Shown here: positions 47,008 to 55,126 of the stretch, one piece after another
Numbering within the stretch: position 1 is the stretch's first letter
Layout of the letters: every line of letters begins with the position of its first letter
IMG/VR virus record: IMGVR_UViG_3300042291_000844
Location: 1 to 64,000 of that record
DNA: 64,000 nucleotides
From: a virus
Taxonomy: Duplodnaviria > Caudoviricetes
Reading direction: 5' to 3' (one strand)
Position numbers and translations under genes: made by a program
The notes under the pieces: generated by a model
The model's input: the letters and a program-made list of their open reading frames with translations, nothing else
What the model was told of the DNA's origin: nothing
Databases searched by the model: none

Positions 47008-47448
47008 TTAAAATCCTATTGAGACCGTTTTATTATCAAATTCTATCCAACGTATTTTTAATGCAATTAAATCTTTTAAATCTGATGGGTCTAATCTCCA
47101 ATTTTTTTCTGCCATTTCAATATCAGCGATATTACCATGAATACCATCCCAAATTGTAATAACTTTACCATTAAAGAATTTTAAGAATTGTTGTACTTGT
47201 TTTTGTTTGTTAGAATCTAATTCTTTTAATTCAATTTCTGATGCCTCTTTAATTACCCTTTTAGTTTCAGTTAATACAGTTTTATGTGTATAAAGGTCTA
47301 ACTTACCATCGGCTTTAATCTTAACCTCATAGTTAGTCTTACGAATATCGTTATGACCACCCTTAAAAGGTGTATCACCAACTTCTTTCTTAATACTACC
47401 CATTTCTATTTTGTTATCTCTTAGATAATCTTGTATTGAAAATGCCAT
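47008..47448 (-). CDS. Hypothetical head-region protein
   Basis: 146 aa, AAAGGA RBS, between the protease and internal-protein genes. Confidence 0.7.
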   Translation of the reverse strand: MAFSIQDYLRDNKIEMGSIKKEVGDTPFKGGHNDIRKTNYEVKIKADGKLDLYTHKTVLTETKRVIKEASEIELKELDSNKQKQVQQFLKFFNGKVITIWDGIHGNIADIEMAEKNWRLDPSDLKDLIALKIRWIEFDNKTVSIGF

Positions 47449-47458
47449 ATTGTATCCT

Positions 47459-48058
47459 TTATGCTAATTCAGTAATGATTTCTCTCATAAGGTCTTGTGC
47501 CTTACAATACTCACCACAAACTATAGCTTGTTCTTTTAATTGTCTATTTACTGATTCATTCATCGTAACCGGTGTCATAAATGCACCATGTGTAGATGGG
47601 TTAGAAACAAAATCCCAACCAATCAGTTCAAAATCATCACCCACTTTTACTTTACCTTCGCCAATGTTAACTACCGAACCCATACCACGAGAGGAAATAC
47701 CCAAAAGGATACCTGCTCTTAATAATTCTTTTAAGATGTTACCTGATGGGGTTGGTAGAATTTCTACTGTGCCACAAAGGTCATCACCTTCCCAATGAAT
47801 TTCTTTTACGTTATGTGAAACATTCTTTAAGTTGATAATACCAGAATCTGGATGGTCTAACTCTCCTAATGCACGTCTTTCTTTAATAAGAACTTCGTAT
47901 TTCTTTGCTTCACGCATTAAGATTTCTTTAGGGTATATACGACCATTTTGGTTTTCTGCAACCGCTCTTTGAAGAATACCTTTAACTAAGGTTCTACCAT
48001 TTGAATCTTCATTCAATTTTCCTTCAAATAATGTTGTTTCTATTAATAAATTTTTCAT
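47459..48058 (-). CDS. gp21: Prohead core protease (T4 gp21-like); start corrected to MKNLLIE at 48058
   Basis: NQNGRIYP, ALGELDHP, NVSH, TPSG, LGISSRGMGS, WDFVSNPSTHGA motifs. Confidence 0.95.
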   Translation of the reverse strand: MKNLLIETTLFEGKLNEDSNGRTLVKGILQRAVAENQNGRIYPKEILMREAKKYEVLIKERRALGELDHPDSGIINLKNVSHNVKEIHWEGDDLCGTVEILPTPSGNILKELLRAGILLGISSRGMGSVVNIGEGKVKVGDDFELIGWDFVSNPSTHGAFMTPVTMNESVNRQLKEQAIVCGEYCKAQDLMREIITELA

Positions 48059-48234
48059 TATGCTCCCCACGTTTTTCTCTTTTTAAAGAGGTCAAAAAAT
48101 ATTGCAGATACTTCTCTACGAATAATATCACGAATAAGTTTTTCATCCTCAGTTGTGATTTCTTCTTTGACGATACCCCATTTTACTTTGGTTATCTCTT
48201 CGTTAATAATATCTAACAATCTTTTTCGTGTCAT
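48058..48234 (-). CDS. Small head-region protein missing from the ORF track (58 aa)
   Basis: Manual translation MTRKRLLDIINEEITKVKWGIVKEEITTEDEKLIRDIIRREVSAIFFDLFKKRKTWGA*; fills the gap exactly and overlaps the protease start as TAATG. Confidence 0.8.
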   Translation of the reverse strand: MTRKRLLDIINEEITKVKWGIVKEEITTEDEKLIRDIIRREVSAIFFDLFKKRKTWGA

Positions 48235-48236
48235 TG

Positions 48237-48719
48237 TTATTTTTTCTTTACTAATTCGTTTACACCTTCTACTAAATGTAGAACAAAATCACCATTACCA
48301 TTTGATTTTACTACTTTATATTCTTTTTTCTTACCACCGGAATTGATAGTTATTTTTTCACCAACTTTAAATGCGTTTTTATCACCAGTTTTTAATACAG
48401 CAGGTCCATCGTAATCTTCGTTTACTGATTCGTTTGCTTTTTTACCAGCTCTTAAATCTGCTAAATCATCACTACCGATATCACCATCTTTATCAACATC
48501 TAATTTCTTTTGGCCACCAACTAATTCTTCATTCTTCTCGCCCTTACCATTCCATGCTGCATCAATTTTATCAAAGAATGCTTTCTTTTCTTCATCTGAC
48601 ATAGATGGAATTGATTTTCCAGCTTTATCTAATGCTTTTTGAAAGAATGCCTGATATTCATTTTCTTCAGTCATTACTCCTTTGATGATTTCTTTTAATC
48701 GTGTACGTGATATTTTCAT
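48237..48719 (-). CDS. Putative internal head protein
   Basis: MKISRTRLKEIIKGVMTE N-terminus; ESVNE junction; LDVDKDGDIGSDDL EF-hand-like loop. Confidence 0.6.
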   Translation of the reverse strand: MKISRTRLKEIIKGVMTEENEYQAFFQKALDKAGKSIPSMSDEEKKAFFDKIDAAWNGKGEKNEELVGGQKKLDVDKDGDIGSDDLADLRAGKKANESVNEDYDGPAVLKTGDKNAFKVGEKITINSGGKKKEYKVVKSNGNGDFVLHLVEGVNELVKKK

Positions 48720-50095
48720 TATTTTTCTATCTCCTGTATTGTTTTCGCTATGTTGATTAATCGTTCCTTTATCTTATAAATATGTCCATGCGTTCTTTTC
48801 CAAAATGTATCGGAACTCAATTCATTCATAGTCTTAATTTGATTATACCAACGGAAAAAAGTTTCAACTTCTTTTAATTGATATTTTAATTCTCTCAAAC
48901 CAGTTGCTAACTTCTTATTAGCATGCATTGATTCATCGTTTTTTAATTCTAACCAACGATTTACCGGTCTTTGAATTTTCTTTCCCTCTGATAAACTCTC
49001 ATCCATATGTTCTAAACCATATTTCATAATAGTTTTATCATCTAACATCTTACCATTAAGAGTAAACATACGTTTACCTTTATAATAAACTGACCAATTA
49101 CCTTGTGGGGTTGCATCGACAGTAATATTTTTTAAATCCTTTATACTTCTATCATTAACTTGAATAGCATCTAAGAATTTTTCTGCTTTAGGGTCTAATG
49201 CTTCGTTTACCGATTCATTTGTTGATACAAATAATCTTACTGAAAGAATTACATCTTTATCTATATTTAAACTTCTTACTTTATTTTTTTCTAAATCGTA
49301 AGCCGGATTGATTGTATTTGCTTTTGCAATTACACCATCTTTAACAAAGTGTGGTTGTAATCCAGAATAGTTATCATCTCTAAACATAAAAACATCTTTA
49401 GGAGAATCCTTAGATATTTTAATTATTTTCTTTAAACCTTCCTTACCGATAAAACATCCACCTTCACATTTACTTCCACCATAAGTTTTACCTTTTTGTA
49501 ATGATGCTTCGTTTACCGATTCACCTAATCTATCAAGCATTCCACTTACAACTTTATTAGTTATTTTATGGTTATTATCATTAAAAGCTTTTAAAATTGC
49601 GTGATATACATTTGTACCACCTTTAACATTTTTTTTCTCTATTTTTAGTTTTTTACCATTTTTTAATGTTACTAAAATATAGTGTGGGTTTACAAATTCA
49701 TCCCAATCTTTGTAGATGGGTGCATCTTCGTTTACTGATTCGTATTTAATCATATCGGGGTCAAACTTGTCAAAATTCTTCTTTGCCCATTTAACGGCAT
49801 CTTCATAAGAATTAAATTTAATCCTATCTTGTTTGAATCCCTTTTTCTTATTTAGAAAATCAATATAAACTTTGTCTTCATTTATGGATTCATCAATATT
49901 ATTAATATCATTATTTACTAATGTATAACCGAATTGTGTTGCAGTTTTTTTTCTTTTTTTATCAGAATTTTTACCAGAAAAGGCATGAGGAGTATCGTAA
50001 CCATCAACATTACCTGTCACATTGGCTTCATCTAATTCATCTTCGACTTCCTTAATAAGTTCGTCTATAAAAGATTTAATATTTTTTTCTGACAT
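48719..50095 (-). CDS. Modular putative head protein with five ES(V/I/L)(N/S)E-delimited cassettes
   Basis: ESINE, ESVNE x3 and ESLSE separate unrelated 45-110 aa modules. Confidence 0.65.
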   Translation of the reverse strand: MSEKNIKSFIDELIKEVEDELDEANVTGNVDGYDTPHAFSGKNSDKKRKKTATQFGYTLVNNDINNIDESINEDKVYIDFLNKKKGFKQDRIKFNSYEDAVKWAKKNFDKFDPDMIKYESVNEDAPIYKDWDEFVNPHYILVTLKNGKKLKIEKKNVKGGTNVYHAILKAFNDNNHKITNKVVSGMLDRLGESVNEASLQKGKTYGGSKCEGGCFIGKEGLKKIIKISKDSPKDVFMFRDDNYSGLQPHFVKDGVIAKANTINPAYDLEKNKVRSLNIDKDVILSVRLFVSTNESVNEALDPKAEKFLDAIQVNDRSIKDLKNITVDATPQGNWSVYYKGKRMFTLNGKMLDDKTIMKYGLEHMDESLSEGKKIQRPVNRWLELKNDESMHANKKLATGLRELKYQLKEVETFFRWYNQIKTMNELSSDTFWKRTHGHIYKIKERLINIAKTIQEIEK

Positions 50096-50945
50096 TGGTT
50101 ATTTCCTTTATTAATTCGTATGATATCATCAACGCTGAAACCTGTTCATCCGTAATTTTCTTTCCTATCTTTTGTGTTTTCAAAACATTGATAGTTTCTT
50201 TTAATTTAATTTTTGTGATTTTATCATTAACTTCGGAATGTAATTTGTGAAGTTCAGTTACTACTTTCTTTAATTGTGAATCGTAGTATTCACCGAATTT
50301 AGATGTATTATTAACATTATTAATAAATTCTCTTAAAAGACCTTTTTGGTCGTCGTTTAAGTTAGTGTATTTGGTATTAAATGTTTCAACTAGTATTTTA
50401 TATGTCAACAATCTCAAATCTTTTTCTTGATTCTTATATGTTTCCATTAATTTATCTTCAATCTTCTTAATAGATACTGTGGTTGTAGATACGTGTTCTA
50501 CTAATGTAATCTTAGCATCAAATACATCCTTAACATTAGTTACATCTTGTATCTTTGCTTCAAAAATCTTATGAACCGATGCTAATACTCTATAATTAGA
50601 AACAGGAGAAGCAACAAATTCTTCAATATCGAAATTTTCTTTAATAGCTTTTACTAAGTTATACTTTTCTCTTAATAATTTAGTTTCATCTAATTTAGTA
50701 CGAGTTTCGATAATAGCATCAATAAATTTTTCTGCTTTACTTTCTGAATTATATTTTTCAGTTGTAAGTAAATTGAATAAACGCAATTCCTTTGCTAATT
50801 CGGTTTTACCACCAAAAAATTCTTGTACTATTTTTTTAGCCTTCTCAACTGGAGCATTATTTAAAATCTCCAATGTGATTTGACGAGTTAAGAGTTCAAA
50901 TAAAAACCCTGTATTTTTAAATTTCGAATGTTTAATTTTTTTCAT
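50076..50945 (-). CDS. Conserved hypothetical helical protein downstream of the portal
   Basis: 289 aa; KHSKFKNTG.LFELL motif; AAGGA RBS. Confidence 0.75.
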   Translation of the reverse strand: MKKIKHSKFKNTGFLFELLTRQITLEILNNAPVEKAKKIVQEFFGGKTELAKELRLFNLLTTEKYNSESKAEKFIDAIIETRTKLDETKLLREKYNLVKAIKENFDIEEFVASPVSNYRVLASVHKIFEAKIQDVTNVKDVFDAKITLVEHVSTTTVSIKKIEDKLMETYKNQEKDLRLLTYKILVETFNTKYTNLNDDQKGLLREFINNVNNTSKFGEYYDSQLKKVVTELHKLHSEVNDKITKIKLKETINVLKTQKIGKKITDEQVSALMISYELIKEITNVRKKY

Positions 50946-51013
50946 TGTATTTTAAATCCTTATTTTGATAGACTCAAATTTCTATATATAAATATAAAAA
51001 ATTCTAAGTTAGA

Positions 51014-52744
51014 TTAATTTTCCGTATCATCGATAATATTAGTTTCATCTAACATATCTTTAGTTTCGTGTAAATATTTCTTTTTTGATGAAATCCCATT
51101 GATGTAATTCATTGCTTTTGTTTCAGATGTTCTACTTCTCTTTGAAGTTCTCTCATCATCACCTAATGGGTCTCTTCCATAAGGATGTTTGTCTTTACCA
51201 TAAGTATTACCTTCGCGGGGTCTACCACCTTTATCCTTCAATTCTGTTTTAAGATTTTCTAAACTTTCTTCAACATCATTTTGTTTTGGAGGGTTTGCAG
51301 GGTCATTACCATCGTTTTCTATTGAGTTATAACGGAATGTATCTTTTAAATCCTCAACCACTTTACCTCTTTGTTCAGTTTGTTCTGTTTCTGATAATTT
51401 AAATATATTTTCATATATCCAATCTTTAGATAACATCTTTAAACTTTGCATATCAGTTGCTAAACGGATTTTCTCACTCCATAAGTTTACTTTCTCTTGT
51501 TCGTAGATTGTAGATGGGTTAACTAATCCAATTTCAAAATTAGTCATTTCAGAATCTTGAATACCATTACCATATAAGTGGATAACTGCTATTTTAGATA
51601 ATTCTGAAGTAATTGTTCGTTGGATTCTTTCGATTGTTCTTGCAAAACGTACATCTTCTGCTGCTAGGGTTGCTTTACCATTTACATTTTCATCATATCC
51701 CAAATATGCTTTAGGAATTTTTAATGCAGCAAATAATTTAGCTTTTAAGTAATCAATATCTTCAATTGAAGCGTATTCTAATCCTGCTAAGTTTTCAATA
51801 GCAGTTCCACTATCACCACCTCTTACCGGTAGATAAAAATCTTCCGTAAGGTTTTGCATATTATACTTTAAATTGTAATCACCACTTGTCTTATCTAAGA
51901 ATGGAACTTTTTTCATCTTATTGATAATCTTTTGCATGTAGTTATCAACTTCCGTTGGTGGAATATTACCAATATCAATTTTGAACACTCTTTTTTCAGG
52001 TGCTCTCATAATACGATGGATTAACATCGCATCTTCCATTAGGGATAATTGTTTCCATAACCTTCTACCATTCTCAATCATTGATTTACCATAAGGTAAC
52101 CAGTTGGTATCTGATAATAAACGGAAATGTGCCATTTCAAAGTTATCATACTCTACTTTACCGATTGGGTCTTCTTGTACTTTGAATTTAACAAGTGAAG
52201 TATTCTCAGGGTCATGTCCTTCTATTCTTTCAGTATTGTATTGTGAGTGTGGAGTAACGTTTACTATACCTTTACCTTCAGCAATCTCAAGTCCTAAAAA
52301 GAAATCACCATATTTACACATATTACGTGTCCACGGCCATAAGTTAAATTCAACATTAAGAATATCATAGAAAAGATTTTCTAATAATTCTTGTACTCTT
52401 TGATTATCTGAACGTATTGTTAGAATATCACCAAATTCATTTTTAAGTGTAGATTCATCAGCGTAAATATCTAATGCAGATGCTATAATTGGGTCTTGGT
52501 CCATTGCATCAAAATCTCTAAATACTTCTCTACGAACTTGAGCGTATGCCATTGATTGTGCACCACCTGCTTGTTCATAAAAAGATTTTTGTATTTTTGT
52601 GTACCTATCTTTTAATGAAGATAGGTTTGTTTGTTGTTTTTCATCCGCATCAAAAACTTTTCGTTTTCCACTAGCATCGACAGTAACAATTGCCTTTGTA
52701 GAGAAAAGTTTTTTTAACCGATTGAAAAATGTAGTATCTGCCAT
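51014..52744 (-). CDS. gp20: Portal protein (T4 gp20-like)
   Basis: W.R...KYGD, EDAMLIHRIMRAPEKRVFKIDIGN, EDFYLP.RGG..GT.I..L.G, L..ALKIP motifs. Confidence 0.96.
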   Translation of the reverse strand: MADTTFFNRLKKLFSTKAIVTVDASGKRKVFDADEKQQTNLSSLKDRYTKIQKSFYEQAGGAQSMAYAQVRREVFRDFDAMDQDPIIASALDIYADESTLKNEFGDILTIRSDNQRVQELLENLFYDILNVEFNLWPWTRNMCKYGDFFLGLEIAEGKGIVNVTPHSQYNTERIEGHDPENTSLVKFKVQEDPIGKVEYDNFEMAHFRLLSDTNWLPYGKSMIENGRRLWKQLSLMEDAMLIHRIMRAPEKRVFKIDIGNIPPTEVDNYMQKIINKMKKVPFLDKTSGDYNLKYNMQNLTEDFYLPVRGGDSGTAIENLAGLEYASIEDIDYLKAKLFAALKIPKAYLGYDENVNGKATLAAEDVRFARTIERIQRTITSELSKIAVIHLYGNGIQDSEMTNFEIGLVNPSTIYEQEKVNLWSEKIRLATDMQSLKMLSKDWIYENIFKLSETEQTEQRGKVVEDLKDTFRYNSIENDGNDPANPPKQNDVEESLENLKTELKDKGGRPREGNTYGKDKHPYGRDPLGDDERTSKRSRTSETKAMNYINGISSKKKYLHETKDMLDETNIIDDTEN

Positions 52745-52798
52745 ATTTTATTTTTTATATTAAAATTATATTATTTAATAGTGCATCTTATTATACAC

Positions 52799-52806
52799 TA
52801 TAAATA
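52799..52806 (-). promoter_or_regulatory. Late-type motif
   Basis: Plus-strand TATAAATA upstream of the portal gene. Confidence 0.6.
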
Positions 52807-52817
52807 TGTTGAATTTT

Positions 52818-54401
52818 TTATTTAATCAACCAAGTCAAATCTTCGTCTTGATTACCCACTCTCATTGACCACGGATTATCATCCATTGAACTACCACCAT
52901 AGAAACCAGATTCTTGTATTTGTTGTTGAATTCCACCCAATGATTTAATAGTTAAATCGATTCCTTCCTGTCTTAATCTCAATGCGGTATCTCTAACCCA
53001 TAGAGCAATCGATAACGCCATCACTAAGTCATCATTGTATCCCCTCATTGCTTCTGCACGATTGTTGTTCCATATAAAGGTAAAAAGCTCCTCTATCAAC
53101 CTATTAGAACGTATGGTGATAGATTTCTCTCTGAAGTAATCATCTAACTTTGAAATAATCAAAGGTCGTGTCTTAGATGTAGTTGAAAAACCTGCAACCA
53201 TACCTCTTTCTTCTGCCCTAAACTTATTATGCATCTGATGTTCAACATCCACATACTTTAAATCCTTACTCATATAGAATAAGTTTTTATATCCCCTATC
53301 GATTACCTGTTGGATAACTGCCCAACCAATATTTGCGTTCTCTATTACTAAAAGTGCTTCGTTATAATCAGTTGCTAAGGAAACTAAGAAATTTCCAAAA
53401 TCTTTTGTATCTAATTTTCCTTTGTATTCTGCTACTTGTACCGAATTAACAATATCAATCACTTGTGCGGCGGAGTAATCCGTAGAATCTCCACGGGCAA
53501 CGTCCGCAACAACCATATATGATTTTTGATAATCGGGATATTCCCATTTCCAAAGATTCCCATCAAAGCCAGTTTTTTCTAATGGTTCTTGTACAAAAGA
53601 TTCTTTATAAAACATTAGAAGTTGTGGGTCTATGACACTATCACCGGATGATACGAAATCACAATCGCATTCCTGTGCTGCACCCTTTGCTCCTAAAAGT
53701 ATTTGTTGTTCATCTCTCCATTCTTGATTTCTTTCGGGGTGAACCGTCCAATGTAAACGGACTGTATTGAATCCATTAGTTCCATCCTCTGCACCAACCC
53801 AAGTCCTATGAAAGAAATTACCCACACCATTAGGAGTAGAAAGAATAATTGCATTACCACCCGTTGATAGAGTAGATTGTGCAGATATCCAAATTTCTTC
53901 AATGTTATCAATGAATGCTGCCTCATCAAATACTAATAGGGATAGTGCTTCAGAACGACCAGCATCACCTGCTGCAGAAGTTGCTTTTGCCTGTGAACCA
54001 TTTGAGTATCGTAATGAAAGTTTATTATCTTCAACTGTTGTTTGTTTTAACCAACTAGGTAAATATTGATTCATTACCCTAATTTTAGTAATAAGGTTTT
54101 TAGCAACTTCTTGTTTAGTTGCAATTACCAATACGTTAAAATCTTGATTAAATAACATCTTCCACAATGCAAATCCCGCAGTTAAGGTAGATATACCAGT
54201 TTGACGAGATTTTAGAATGATGTTATATCGATGGTCTTTGAATTGTGTTAGTGTATTTTCTTGAAATGGATATAAATGAAATGGTATTTTACCGCGGACA
54301 GGGTGTTGAATCATACAATACTTTTTCATAAAGTATATAGGGTCACCAGCACATCGTTGGTATTCTAATTTTATTATATCTTTTAAAGAAGTTCCTGCCA
54401 T
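52818..54401 (-). CDS. gp17: Terminase large subunit (T4 gp17-like)
   Basis: KSRQTGIST Walker A, LLVFDEAAF Walker B, ILSTPNG coupling motif, VVADVARG nuclease motif, DDLVMAL. Confidence 0.97.
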   Translation of the reverse strand: MAGTSLKDIIKLEYQRCAGDPIYFMKKYCMIQHPVRGKIPFHLYPFQENTLTQFKDHRYNIILKSRQTGISTLTAGFALWKMLFNQDFNVLVIATKQEVAKNLITKIRVMNQYLPSWLKQTTVEDNKLSLRYSNGSQAKATSAAGDAGRSEALSLLVFDEAAFIDNIEEIWISAQSTLSTGGNAIILSTPNGVGNFFHRTWVGAEDGTNGFNTVRLHWTVHPERNQEWRDEQQILLGAKGAAQECDCDFVSSGDSVIDPQLLMFYKESFVQEPLEKTGFDGNLWKWEYPDYQKSYMVVADVARGDSTDYSAAQVIDIVNSVQVAEYKGKLDTKDFGNFLVSLATDYNEALLVIENANIGWAVIQQVIDRGYKNLFYMSKDLKYVDVEHQMHNKFRAEERGMVAGFSTTSKTRPLIISKLDDYFREKSITIRSNRLIEELFTFIWNNNRAEAMRGYNDDLVMALSIALWVRDTALRLRQEGIDLTIKSLGGIQQQIQESGFYGGSSMDDNPWSMRVGNQDEDLTWLIK

Positions 54402-54413
54402 TATTGTTTTGTA

Positions 54414-55073
54414 TTAAACGTAATGTTCACAATTATGTTCTTTTAAAATTTCAAATGCTTTATTACGGAACTCTTCTACTTTTTGTAACTCTGCTTTACC
54501 ATTTGTAATAATTTCCATTATTTCAGCACGAGTATTTTCTACTGAATTTGGTAATTCCCATTTTTCCGTAGTTCCATCCTCATTAATATATTCATAATAA
54601 GGTTTCACATCATCGTGTGCCTGTTGGAGTTCTTCTAATTTTATTTTACCATCAATTATCATACGAGTGTATATTTTATAATCCTCATATTGTTCCCATA
54701 CTCCGGCAACTCGTACTTTATGTTCTCTTTCCGCTAAACAATTGATACAATATCCAGTTTTTTTAATAACCTTCTTGTGATTACTATTAATCTTTATTGT
54801 AGTGCAATCTGGATTAGAGCATCTTTCCAATTCTGCTATATATTTTCTGATTTCATCAAATGCTTCAGAGTTTTTAGAAGTTTTCATTGTGAATCCTTCT
54901 TTTTTCTCATATCTATGATGCTCATCTTCCCAAACATCACCAACCTTTCGTTCTACGTTAGCGGTTTCCCATCCAACTGTGGTGTTTTTAGCATATTCAC
55001 CACCCGTCATAACCATATCCACCAACTTCCTACGAGTTGGATGCATAAACTTTTTGTTAAATTCCTTTGCCAT
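54414..55073 (-). CDS. Hypothetical protein with two Cys pairs (CSNPDC, CINC)
   Basis: 219 aa directly upstream of the terminase. Confidence 0.7.
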   Translation of the reverse strand: MAKEFNKKFMHPTRRKLVDMVMTGGEYAKNTTVGWETANVERKVGDVWEDEHHRYEKKEGFTMKTSKNSEAFDEIRKYIAELERCSNPDCTTIKINSNHKKVIKKTGYCINCLAEREHKVRVAGVWEQYEDYKIYTRMIIDGKIKLEELQQAHDDVKPYYEYINEDGTTEKWELPNSVENTRAEIMEIITNGKAELQKVEEFRNKAFEILKEHNCEHYV

Positions 55074-55126
55074 TATTCTATATTAGGTTTTTATTTTAAT
55101 ACATATATAAGTATATATAAAATAAA

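Noticed and set aside
54414-55073. Terminase small subunit
   Set aside because: Position fits, but I see no recognisable gp16-like sequence signature. Left as hypothetical.
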